From the IMG/VR virus record IMGVR_UViG_3300028048_000122: 64,000 bases of DNA, one strand, 5' to 3'. Below are positions 9,636 to 18,243 of the stretch, one piece after another. The notes under the pieces were generated by a model, which ran no database searches, was not told where the DNA came from, and saw only the letters and a program-made list of their open reading frames with translations. The number at the start of each line of letters is the position of its first letter. The stretch's first letter is position 1. Source of the stretch: a virus (taxonomy: Duplodnaviria; Heunggongvirae; Uroviricota; Caudoviricetes). A program made the translations under genes and the position numbers.

Positions 9636-9680
9636 TCGTTAAGAGAGTTGACATACTCTTAATCAATAGTGTAAACTATA
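9636..9680 (+). promoter_or_regulatory. TTGACA -35 box flanked by inverted repeat TTAAGAGAGT/ACTCTTAA (operator-promoter)
   Basis: Same TTAAGAG half-site family as 11456, 23322, 56278 and 27830. Confidence 0.45.
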
Positions 9681-9715
9681 GGAGAACCATTTTAAAGGTG
9701 GTTCTCCTTTAACTT
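9681..9715 (+). terminator. hairpin GGAGAACCA-9nt-TGGTTCTCC followed by T-rich tract (terminator/attenuator in leader of 9754 gene)
   Basis: Perfect 9-bp stem then TTTAACTTATATTTTATTCTT. Confidence 0.5.
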
Positions 9716-9753
9716 ATATTTTATTCTTAAGATGGCAGGAGGTAAATCTTATT

Positions 9754-10701
9754 ATGAATAACATGCCTACGCAATTACCTACGGTCTCACCGCAGGTCTG
9801 GGACAATAAACGGGTAGTATCTTACGATGATATCGCTCGCCTGCATAAGGTTTCTAAGAACCGGGTAATAAAAGCTTTCCAGCGGCACAGCGAAGAGCTC
9901 TTAAAGGGAGAGGATTACTATGATCTTACCCGACAGGAGATGCTGGAATTCAAGGAAAACAATGCGCTGGACAATTTGTCCATCAGTAATCAGTCCACCG
10001 GTATGCGCGTATTTACGGAATCTGGTTACCTGGTACTGGCATGCACTTTTCGCGGCGCAGAAGCAGCATATGTCCGCCGCCAACTGGTGAACTCTTACTT
10101 TAAAGTGAAAGAGTTAAGAGCTACGGGAGTAAGCAGTCAGCTCCTTATCAGCCTTGAAAAAACCATTATCAATCAGAATAAGATGCTCGCGGCAATTAAC
10201 GAGTCTCTTGACAGACTGTTCAATAAGCCGGTGGAAGAAACAAAAACTATTGCCGCGCCGCAAGAAGAATCTATTCCCCAAAATCCTCCTGAGCTGCAGG
10301 ATGGGGAAGCTACTACGACATTCTTGGCTGAACGCTGCCGCTGGTATAGTACGCAAGGAAAGCCTCATACGGCGTTTACCGAACACGTTCTTAGAACGTT
10401 GGGTGTTCATACCAATAAATGCTATGAATATAACAACCCGTACAGCCGTTGCGTAATACAAGAAGTAGACGGTAAGATTGTTCCGTCACTTTACATTAAG
10501 CCGGCCGGCATCCAGAAGCTCTTAGACTGGTGCCGCAAGACGGATTATGCCCGTTCTATCAGAAAGGTGGAACGTTATCAGCGTGATTTCGGTATCCATA
10601 AAGCAGGAGACGTAAAATCCGTTTACTACTTATTGGAAACCGACGGGGTTAAAGGCGTTTGCCGCGCTGATAAGAAGAGGTATAATCTTAAGGACTTCTA
10701 A
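9754..10701 (+). CDS. ORF6N-domain / phage antirepressor-like protein
   Basis: N-terminus VVSYDDIARLHKVSKNRVIKAFQRHSEELLKGEDYYDLT resembles ORF6N domain; AGGAGGT RBS. Confidence 0.5.
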   Translation: MNNMPTQLPTVSPQVWDNKRVVSYDDIARLHKVSKNRVIKAFQRHSEELLKGEDYYDLTRQEMLEFKENNALDNLSISNQSTGMRVFTESGYLVLACTFRGAEAAYVRRQLVNSYFKVKELRATGVSSQLLISLEKTIINQNKMLAAINESLDRLFNKPVEETKTIAAPQEESIPQNPPELQDGEATTTFLAERCRWYSTQGKPHTAFTEHVLRTLGVHTNKCYEYNNPYSRCVIQEVDGKIVPSLYIKPAGIQKLLDWCRKTDYARSIRKVERYQRDFGIHKAGDVKSVYYLLETDGVKGVCRADKKRYNLKDF

Positions 10702-10704
10702 TCG

Positions 10705-10735
10705 TGGCGGCCTTCGGCCGCTACCATAAACCCCA
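10705..10735 (+). repeat. conserved hairpin-plus-tail element copy 2 (GTGGCGGCC-TTC-GGCCGCTACCATAAACCCC)
   Basis: Immediately downstream of a stop codon and upstream of the RBS of gene 10779. Confidence 0.5.
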
Positions 10736-10778
10736 TTTTGCCGTATCCACTATCTATTATGTTCACAGGAGGACGAGA

Positions 10779-11450
10779 ATGACTCTGGAAAATATCAGGC
10801 AAGAACTGAAACGAAGACACCTGAATCCCAAAATTGCTAAAGGTTTAACGGCGGCCATAATGATTGGTTCGCTCGTAGCCGGAGGAAGCGCTTATTATCA
10901 TAGCCATAAGACTATGGCTGAAGCGGCCGCTATGAGTGAAGAAGCTCAGCAGAAGATGGATGTATATCAGCAGTCCGTCGCCAAATATCAGGACGATATT
11001 GCCCGGCTCGAGGATGCTAATAAGCATCTCTTAGAGGAGAACCATGAGCTTAAGAACGAAGTGGAGGAACTCCGCCGGGAAGTAAACAGGGGATACTCAA
11101 TCGATGACGGTTTCGAAGTAGAAGTTACGGCCTACACGTTATCCGAAAGCGATTGTAATAAAGGCGCGAGTCACCCCGGTTACGGTTTAACAGCCAACGG
11201 CACCAATCTCGCGGGTCATACTCTGGAATCCGCCCGCGCTATAGCGGTGGATCCAAATGTTATCCCGCTCGGTTCTCAGGTACAGGTCGTATTCAAGGAC
11301 GCTTCCATGCAGCAGTATAACGGCGTTTATACCGCCTGCGATACGGGCGGCGCCATTAAAGGCAATATTATCGACCTGTTTGCCGGCGAAGGTGCCGATG
11401 ACCTGGCCATGCAGATTGGCCGCCGTCAGGCAACGGTAAAAATTCTTTAA
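10779..11450 (+). CDS. membrane-anchored 3D-domain (MltA/YocH-like) cell-wall hydrolase
   Basis: N-terminal TM helix and coiled coil; C-terminal AVDPNVIPLGS...YTACDTGGAIKGNIIDLF carries the three conserved Asp of the 3D domain. Confidence 0.6.
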   Translation: MTLENIRQELKRRHLNPKIAKGLTAAIMIGSLVAGGSAYYHSHKTMAEAAAMSEEAQQKMDVYQQSVAKYQDDIARLEDANKHLLEENHELKNEVEELRREVNRGYSIDDGFEVEVTAYTLSESDCNKGASHPGYGLTANGTNLAGHTLESARAIAVDPNVIPLGSQVQVVFKDASMQQYNGVYTACDTGGAIKGNIIDLFAGEGADDLAMQIGRRQATVKIL

Positions 11451-11455
11451 AAACG

Positions 11456-11498
11456 TTAAGAGTATATATTGACTTTAAGATACTCTTAATATATAATA
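11456..11498 (+). promoter_or_regulatory. consensus sigma70 promoter TTGACT-17-TATAAT inside 10-bp inverted repeat TTAAGAGTAT/ATACTCTTAA
   Basis: -35 at 11469-11474, -10 at 11492-11497; it faces the 1.1 kb ORF-free region and the tRNA array. Confidence 0.6.
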
Positions 11499-12636
11499 AA
11501 GTCATCAGGTAAAAAGACTCATGATAAGGGTAAAACATTGAAGGCTCCTTTCAGCGGGCGTGATGCAGACGCGTCCGCTATCATCTGGGCTCAAAGGTGA
11601 AAGTCTTAAGAGCTCGGCATTTTATCACACCTCCTCAATTATTTCTCTACATTTCTCTTTTTATCGCGATCATTTCACTGGTCGTATTCCTCCATCTGGT
11701 TCCCGGACAAGACACAAAACTGTCTAATTCATAATGACCTCCGACCAGCTTTCGGGCTGGTTGATACTTGAAAGAGCTTGTATCAAAACCTTGTTACCCC
11801 CTTGGCATAGATACTGGTGTACTCCTTTCTGATTTTGTTTGTGGTGATTGGCTCCTTTTCATTTTACCTCTCACTCTTTCAGGTATCAACGAACCCGAAA
11901 CATGGGTTCCATGGTGATTTGCCTTTCTTTCTAAGGCCAGCTTCTAGGCTGGCTGATATTCACGATAACTATAATAATCATGGATATCAGCGACCCTAGA
12001 GGTCGAAAAAATTTAACAAACAGAAAACTATGGCAAAGCATACCTCGGTTATAAAACGCAATATCATGCGTCCGAGAATGGCCCCGTAATTGATACTAAC
12101 AAACTGCAGTAGATATGCCTGCAGTGAGTATGTCCTCTCTTAGTGATAAAAGCGGGCGGCACGTAAAGTGTAAACGCGCGTATCTTGAGGTCATGTGCAT
12201 GCAATGCCGAGCATTAAAGCAGGAACTGACAGGGTTCCATAAGTGCGTGAATGCAATTGGTGCATTCCTCCGCCGCCAGTTAAGGCTCAAGGCCTGATAA
12301 ACCTTGAGATACACGAGGTATTTATCGAGATGAAACTTTGCTGTGATGTCCTCAAAAAGGACTATAACTGTCAGTCGCCGTACAAGTAGCCCAAGGCAAT
12401 GATACAGATCAGTATGCAGCTTTATAGCAATCTATAATTCTGAATGACGGGTGAAAGTTGAGGGTCACAATCCCTTTGGAGCTAGAAAGAGGCAAGAAGC
12501 GCGTGTCGACGGGCGCGTTGCTCAGACTTGTCTTCTCCGTGGCTGAATAAATGCAGAGCATCAAGTTGTGTATAGGGAAACCTGATGTTTTGCCGTAGTT
12601 TTGTGTTTGTTAATAACACAGGTGAACTAACTATTT

Positions 12637-12729
12637 GGAGTTGTGGCTGAGAGGCTGAAAGCGGCGCCCCGCTAAGGCGTTATACCCCGCTATAGGGTAT
12701 CGTTGGTTCGAATCCAACCAACTCCGCCA
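12637..12729 (+). tRNA. tRNA-Ser (anticodon GCU), type II, CCA encoded
   Basis: Acceptor GGAGTTG/CAACTCC, 3-bp D stem, anticodon stem GCGCC/GGCGT, loop CCGCTAA (C at position 33 is unusual), long variable arm, T arm GTTGGTTCGAATCCAAC. Confidence 0.7.
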
Positions 12730-12733
12730 TGAT

Positions 12734-12809
12734 GTACCTTTGGCGTAATTGGTAACACGGCAGTCTCCAAAACTGTAAGATGTTGGTTCGAGTCCAGCAG
12801 GGTATGCCA
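12734..12809 (+). tRNA. tRNA-Trp (anticodon CCA), CCA encoded
   Basis: Folded by hand; all positions fit standard 76-nt numbering (U8, A14, G18G19, U33, CCA, A37, T54T55C56). Confidence 0.85.
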
Positions 12810-12813
12810 TTAT

Positions 12814-12888
12814 GTTGATGTAGCTCAATGGGGATAGAGCACCGAAACTGTAACTTCGGAGACTCAGGTTCAAGTCCTGACATCGGCT
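12814..12888 (+). tRNA. atypical tRNA, Tyr-like anticodon loop aCTGTAAc (GUA) with 8-nt loop, type I body
   Basis: Acceptor GTTGATG/CATCGGC (2 G-U pairs), D arm GCTC-AATGGGGATA-GAGC, stem CCGAA/TTCGG encloses 8 nt, T arm TCAGG-TTCAAGT-CCTGA. Confidence 0.5.
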
Positions 12889-12997
12889 TAGCTAATTTAG
12901 TCTGACTGGTCTGATCAGCCGGTTAGGCGAAACACTACTGTAGTGGCCCTAAAGGGCGTGCTCGAAATCCCGAAGTACGTAAAATATGTCGGGATGT

Positions 12998-13072
12998 GGT
13001 TCCGTAGTATAGTGGTCAGTATATCGGCTTGTCACGCCGAGGACACGAGTTCAATTCTCGTCGGAACCGCCA
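12998..13072 (+). tRNA. tRNA-Asp (anticodon GUC), CCA encoded
   Basis: Acceptor GGTTCCG/CGGAACC; loop TTGTCAC; T loop TTCAATT. Confidence 0.85.
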
Positions 13073-13199
13073 TCATGTCCCAGTATCAGGCTAACGTCTG
13101 ATCAGAGGCATACATTTTTCAGGGCGCCCACCGCAGCGCGGCACCACCGTTAATTACACGCCTAATGCCAAATGCGGTTAACTTGAATAATTCCCTGTA

Positions 13200-13475
13200 A
13201 AGGGATTAGATATAGTTGTTGACTCAGACGGTCGGCAACAAAACGGTCACTATCCGGCCGCTCCGTTAACTAAAATCCGTCAGCTACCGGAGGGAAATAC
13301 GATAGGTCCTGAGTAAGACCGAACTGCTCGCTTCTAATGTCCTTCTCCCAGGCTAACGTCTGGTAGGGGATACAAAAACAATCCGGTCACCGTCCGGCCA
13401 CTTATATCGGCTCACAACGGCCCTGATATAAGGGAAACAAGACGGATCCTGGGTACGATATAACTGCCCACGCCC
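13200..13475. repeat. degenerate tandem duplication (~140 bp units) in non-coding DNA
   Basis: Units near 13255-13330 and 13393-13470 share CCGGCC...GGGAAA-ACA..GG-CCTG-GTA-GA...AACTGC...CTAATG; the motif CAGGCTAACGTCTG also occurs twice (13087, 13339). Confidence 0.4.
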
Positions 13476-13479
13476 TAAT

Positions 13480-13555
13480 GGTGCTCATCGTCTAATGGTT
13501 AGGACAGCAGTTTGTGGCACTGCTAATCCCGGTTCGACTCCGGGTGATCACCCCA
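13480..13555 (+). tRNA. tRNA-His (anticodon GUG) with encoded G-1, CCA encoded
   Basis: Extra 5' G pairing with discriminator C; anticodon stem GCAGT/ACTGC, loop TTGTGGC; T arm CCCGG-TTCGACT-CCGGG. Confidence 0.8.
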
Positions 13556-13585
13556 TTTAAAAATATAGGAGAGGAGTTGCTCCTT

Positions 13586-13828
13586 TTGTATAAGAAATAT
13601 AAGGAATATTTTCTGGCCGGCGGCGCGGCAATGAATATCATGAACGCCCTATGGTGGATCGTAGATCCTGAAAGATTCACTGAGATGCTCGAATGCTCCA
13701 CGGTATATGGAGTACTTTTGCTATTCGAGGCCTTCATCATCTTACCAGCCGTGCTATTCGTAGCTGATAAGGCATTCGATAAGTTACACGAGAAGCTCAA
13801 GAAATACCTGGTGATTAACGACAAATGA
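13586..13828 (+). CDS. small hydrophobic membrane protein
   Basis: TTG start after AGGAGAGGAG; two predicted TM segments; the track ORF start overlaps tRNA-His, so it was trimmed. Confidence 0.35.
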   Translation: MYKKYKEYFLAGGAAMNIMNALWWIVDPERFTEMLECSTVYGVLLLFEAFIILPAVLFVADKAFDKLHEKLKKYLVINDK

Positions 13829-14043
13829 AGAAAAAACTGGTTATCACCCAAGATACGATAGATAAGTATATAGCATACGTCATAGCGATGTGCGGCATAA
13901 TCGTGGCCACCTTAATGGTTTACGCTACGGCTAAAGCTGAGTATAACGTAGCTATTGAGTTGACTATGCTGACATTCGTTATCGGGCCGGCACTCGGCTT
14001 TCTGATAGAAAATATAGTTAATTTCATCAAAGAAAGGTTTTGA
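13825..14043 (+). CDS. small membrane protein (72 aa)
   Basis: ORF overlapping previous stop; two hydrophobic helices. Confidence 0.4.
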   Translation: MKKKLVITQDTIDKYIAYVIAMCGIIVATLMVYATAKAEYNVAIELTMLTFVIGPALGFLIENIVNFIKERF

Positions 14044-14201
14044 TTTTCTATGGTAAAAACTTATTCTAACAATACGAAAGATTATAAAGTAGGCAAAAGT
14101 CTCTTTTTCCCCAAGGCTAAATGTTGCGCTACAGTAAATAAGCCAGTTCAGGAAGGCCGCTTAATGGGCCGTTATGTTGCAACTACAGGCAACAAACACT
14201 A

Positions 14202-14426
14202 ATGTTTATCGATAAATACGGCTATTACGCCGTGATTTATAGTCTAGCATATTTTGTTAACATCACTATTTCTGTTCATAACGGCAACAATCCGCCACCC
14301 GAATGGTTTTGGCTTATAAGTTGTTTTTTATTCGGCCCAATTTGCTTAATGATTTTTTATAGAATAGCAGACTGGGTTGAAAAGAAATATCATATTTATA
14401 AGAAGCGAAAGAACAGTGAACTTTAA
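14202..14426 (+). CDS. small membrane protein (74 aa)
   Basis: ORF with two hydrophobic segments, basic C-terminus. Confidence 0.4.
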   Translation: MFIDKYGYYAVIYSLAYFVNITISVHNGNNPPPEWFWLISCFLFGPICLMIFYRIADWVEKKYHIYKKRKNSEL

Positions 14427-14585
14427 CAAGATATACATATTTGGCGCAACATATATGATTATCTGTTGCGTTGCAGCAATAATTATTTGTTCAAAAGCGC
14501 CAATCTAAACCCCCCTCCATGTGACCAACAAGGAAAAGTTGTTAAAACCTGCCATTGTAAAAATTCTATTCTAGGAGAGAAGAAC

Positions 14586-14855
14586 ATGACAGTATACATT
14601 GTTGCTGAGCATACTTTAGTAGATGATTGCGATCAGGACATTCTGGGTGTATTCGATAACGAAGAAGCTGCCAAAGCATGCCTTAAAGCCTATGTGAAAT
14701 CACGTTATTGGGGCAATGAAGACGAGATAGAAGATGACGGTACTTATTATCGCGATAGTGAATGGATGGTTGAAATCCATGAATGCGATATCAAAAAAGA
14801 ATTCAAACCTGAAGATTATTACTGGTATGAAGAACCCGAAGAAGACGAAGATTGA
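14586..14855 (+). CDS. hypothetical acidic protein
   Basis: ATG 14586 after TAGGAGAGAAG; acidic tail like early genes. Confidence 0.45.
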   Translation: MTVYIVAEHTLVDDCDQDILGVFDNEEAAKACLKAYVKSRYWGNEDEIEDDGTYYRDSEWMVEIHECDIKKEFKPEDYYWYEEPEEDED

Positions 14856-15243
14856 TTAATCTTCTCGCGTGACCTGACTGTTAGTTGCCAAGAGAACTAC
14901 ACAGCGAATAAAGATATACAGTGAAATATCAAGTAACTGATTGCAGTGAATGTCAAGTAACTGTATAGCCTCGGAGAGCCCCGAAAGAAACTTGGCCTGT
15001 GGCATCTCCAAAGGACACCGTAAACGCTAAAATGAATTACGGTATCATCCGGCCCTAGAGGACAAGCCGGATAAACGGAAATCGCCCCGGTTAAGTGCGA
15101 GGCTAAAATGACTTCATGTCTTCGGGCATGGTCACTGGACAAGGAAAAGTCTTTAAAACCTCTCACGGCTTTGGATGAGCGATAGATAAAAATCCAGACC
15201 ATCCTAAGGCGGTAGGATGTAAAATAAAGCCGCCCTCGATAAT

Positions 15244-15324
15244 GAGGCAGTAGCTCAAATGGCAGAGCAGACGGGAAAGCAAATGGGGCTTTCTTATGAT
15301 GGTGGTTCGACTCCTCCCTGCCTC
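15244..15324 (+). ncRNA. tRNA-like element with non-canonical anticodon arm
   Basis: Perfect acceptor GAGGCAG/CTGCCTC, normal D arm GCTC-AAATGGCA-GAGC, T arm GGTGG-TTCGACT-CCTCC. The anticodon arm is replaced by an 8-bp hairpin GGGAAAGC-AAATGGG-GCTTTCTT. Confidence 0.3.
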
Positions 15325-15429
15325 CCCTATATAATGCTCATAGTCTGGGGAACACCGGCCGGTAGACAGGTTCGATTCCTGTAATGAGCGCATGTTTCCC
15401 GATATCAAAGAATCGGGCACCAATGGCTA

Positions 15430-16235
15430 CGGGTGCGTATAAGTAGATAGCCAGCTTGAGTCACCGTGGACACTGGATGCCCCTATGTGTAGGAGCATGC
15501 CAGCTTTGCCCGAAGAAGGGGCGCGATCCACGACACAAAAGCTTTCCTTGCGGTGATAGGTTAACCGAAATAAGGGTCTCCATTAACCCTGGCATAGCGC
15601 CAAAAGAGATGACCATTATCGAAGCTTTCACTACCGTCTAACTGGGGAAGTAAGAACTGGATGGCCACGGTTTTTAGCACCCAGCAATAGACGATGTGAC
15701 AGCATTCCTTTCGGTGAAAGGTAAACCGAAAACCAACATTAAACCTGGTCCGCCCCGATAACGCCGTGACGTACAAACGGTAGCTCGGTAAAGTGGTAGC
15801 AAGGTTGCGCCAAGCGTACCTGGATTACTTTTATCTGGATAAACTAAAGTACACGGTTTATCAACTTAAGGATAATAACAGGCACGAAGGTGATTTAGCC
15901 TCCAAGGCGAAAAACGGCGTAGGTTAAGGGCACTACGTAATAAGCCGCCCGAGTCGGAAAAGCCGACATTAAACCTGCATAAGATATCTGCTTGTTATGG
16001 GGATAGAGCAGAGAAACCGGTGGCTACGGCATTAATCCGGTAAACGTCAAAGACATGTAGGGCTCCCCTGCGGGGTGAGTAAGGTACTTGACGGCCGCAA
16101 AAAGACTTTTAGACATCTCAAAGCGAGAACTCGGTCATGAAGACTAACCCATCTTCAAATTCTCCAGATGCTGCTTATCTTTTCGGGCATCAAAAATATG
16201 GTCTTGGCGAATATAATGTAATAGAAAGGTCAATA
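15430..16235 (+). ncRNA. candidate large structured ncRNA (ORF-free ~0.8 kb inside tRNA island)
   Basis: No ORF above 60 aa on the + strand; internal recurring motif CCGAAA...ACATTAAACCTG occurs three times; many local helices; context inside a phage tRNA array. Confidence 0.25.
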
Positions 16236-16239
16236 GTTT

Positions 16240-16536
16240 ATGACGGTTTTAGATGCTCCGTCTACTGTCGAAGTAGATAGAAAAATGCTTTATTGCCTGG
16301 CAAGACGCTTTCAGTCGCTTGAGGCAACAGCAGGCAAGGAAAATTCCCCATTTATGGGATGTGCATGGTGCAAGCTAACTAATGGGGACGAAAAAAAGAA
16401 CTGCATTCATTTCACGAAAGGTGTGGAGTTTTATAAATATTTTAGGGAACTCACTGGAGTGAATCTGTCTATTATTGCGCCAGAAGGCAACAAAATGGAT
16501 AAAGAAGTTGAAATCGGCGAAAAAACCTGGTATTAA
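16240..16536 (+). CDS. hypothetical protein (98 aa)
   Basis: ORF with AGAAAGG RBS. Confidence 0.45.
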   Translation: MTVLDAPSTVEVDRKMLYCLARRFQSLEATAGKENSPFMGCAWCKLTNGDEKKNCIHFTKGVEFYKYFRELTGVNLSIIAPEGNKMDKEVEIGEKTWY

Positions 16537-17119
16537 AGTCTATTATATCATATTCGCCAAGACTAGGCAGGACGACTAGTTATCGTCAATTGCCGTGCCG
16601 CCTTACGAAGCGAGTAGCGCCATGATTCTCTACGGGGGCTTGGCGCGGGCGACAAACATTCAGACCTTGTAAGCGAAGGCAGAAGGGACGCCTTCAATCA
16701 AATCGGTGAAGCTTACTCCTAGTAATGGCCATTTGGCAAAGCTCGGTGGAAAATCCGACAAGGTGCTGCTAATGCTTCGGGCACTAATTAATCACATAAC
16801 TGCTTGTTATAAGCGCGTGTATGACTACCGTGGAGGGGCTGCGCGTGATGGGAGAGGCTCTGCCCGATAGTGGCCAAAAGGTTCAACTACCGTGAGTCCC
16901 ACGGAGAAACAATAAGCCCTGTACCTTATGAAAACAGGCAAAGTGCTGCTTTATGAGAGTTGTTCGGGCACTAAAAACCTGCACTGGCAACTTCATCATC
17001 TTTCAATGCCAGTAAAAGCGTTTGATAACGTTCATCAGCCATTTCGGCTGATTAAGATAAATCTACTAAAAGATAGGTTTGTTTTAATGAACCGATATGG
17101 AAAGAAAGGAAGGGCGGCA

Positions 17120-17680
17120 ATGCCACAAAAAGTTAAATTGTATCTTCTTGGCGGTACTGCTGTCATGGATTTAGTATATTCAGCAACATCTCCTGTTATT
17201 CAAGTGTACTTTATAAGCTTAATAAGTTCCAGCGTTTTAGCGGCGGCCAACATTCTGACGACTGCTTTAGCTGCAGGAGTTAATGCATCTATCCAGTCTG
17301 ATAGACTTAAGGATTTCTACAGACGTCATTTTCTCGGGATAATCGTAATAGATATTGTCTGTTTTGCACTTATTAATTTCGAAGGAATTTCTATTCCTGA
17401 AGTAAGATTTCTCGGTCTAGCGATATTAAATGCGGTATCTTCTACGTTATGGTTTACTGTAGTAACTGATGCTATTAACCATCAGATTGAAGGCGACAAG
17501 TTAACGAAATGGAATAGCTTATCTAAAACAGTTAATCTTACGGCGGCACTTATCGGCAGTGTAATCGCGATAGTATTCACTACGCATATCGGTGTAGAGT
17601 TCTGCATCGCGGCACAGTGCCTAGCGAACTTATTTATGGGCGCAACCGACTGGCTGGCATATAAAAGAATACGATACTAA
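17120..17680 (+). CDS. polytopic membrane protein
   Basis: ATG 17120 after AAAGGAAGG; at least 5 hydrophobic helices. Confidence 0.5.
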   Translation: MPQKVKLYLLGGTAVMDLVYSATSPVIQVYFISLISSSVLAAANILTTALAAGVNASIQSDRLKDFYRRHFLGIIVIDIVCFALINFEGISIPEVRFLGLAILNAVSSTLWFTVVTDAINHQIEGDKLTKWNSLSKTVNLTAALIGSVIAIVFTTHIGVEFCIAAQCLANLFMGATDWLAYKRIRY

Positions 17681-17694
17681 AAGAGGTGCGATTT

Positions 17695-17862
17695 GTGTTT
17701 TTATTTATTGTGGATGCAATGTTCATTTTGACAGAACTTTTTTGTGCGATGAGTATACCGCCTCTTCTGCTTAACGGATATTTTATGTATAGCCTTGTTC
17801 TTGCTTTAACTTTATACGTGGTTTTTCAACTAGATAGGGAATTTCATGTGCGGTATTGGTAA
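17695..17862 (+). CDS. small hydrophobic peptide (55 aa)
   Basis: GTG start after AAAGAGGTG; not in ORF track (below cutoff). Confidence 0.25.
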   Translation: MFLFIVDAMFILTELFCAMSIPPLLLNGYFMYSLVLALTLYVVFQLDREFHVRYW

Positions 17863-18061
17863 GAAAAACAAGATAGTTAGTCTCCAAGACTATAAAGAAG
17901 AGAACAGCCCGCATGAAGTAGCCGAAGTAATCTGCCTGCATTGTATGAATCGTTGGATATCTGTACATGAACAAGGAGAATGGCTTGCTAATTGGGAATG
18001 TCCTAAATGCGGTAAAGCGGGCGGCATTATATATACGGGGCAGCCATTGCCGGAGGAATAA
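17846..18061 (+). CDS. small Zn-ribbon protein (CLHC...CPKCGK)
   Basis: Two CxxC pairs. Confidence 0.45.
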   Translation: MCGIGKKNKIVSLQDYKEENSPHEVAEVICLHCMNRWISVHEQGEWLANWECPKCGKAGGIIYTGQPLPEE

Positions 18062-18243
18062 TGGAATTCAAATTAAACTCAAAGCTCGAAGAATGGGTAA
18101 AAGAACATAATAAAATCTGTCATTCAAATGCTTCAGCCGGCGAACATTATCAGTTTGAGTTCCTGCCGACAGGCATTATGGAAATCCAGACCGTAAAATG
18201 CCTTTGCTGCGGAGAAGAAAGGACAGAATACGATGGTTGGTGA
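18061..18243 (+). CDS. hypothetical small protein
   Basis: ORF overlapping prior stop (TAATG). Confidence 0.4.
   Translation: MEFKLNSKLEEWVKEHNKICHSNASAGEHYQFEFLPTGIMEIQTVKCLCCGEERTEYDGW

Noticed and set aside
10114-10461. Overlapping +/- ORFs (100 and 115 aa) inside the 9754..10701 gene
   Set aside because: These are alternative-frame and antisense artefacts within a gene that has a strong RBS and a recognisable ORF6N domain.
12631-12883. Two minus-strand ORFs (80 and 67 aa)
   Set aside because: They completely overlap tRNA-Ser, tRNA-Trp and the following tRNA.
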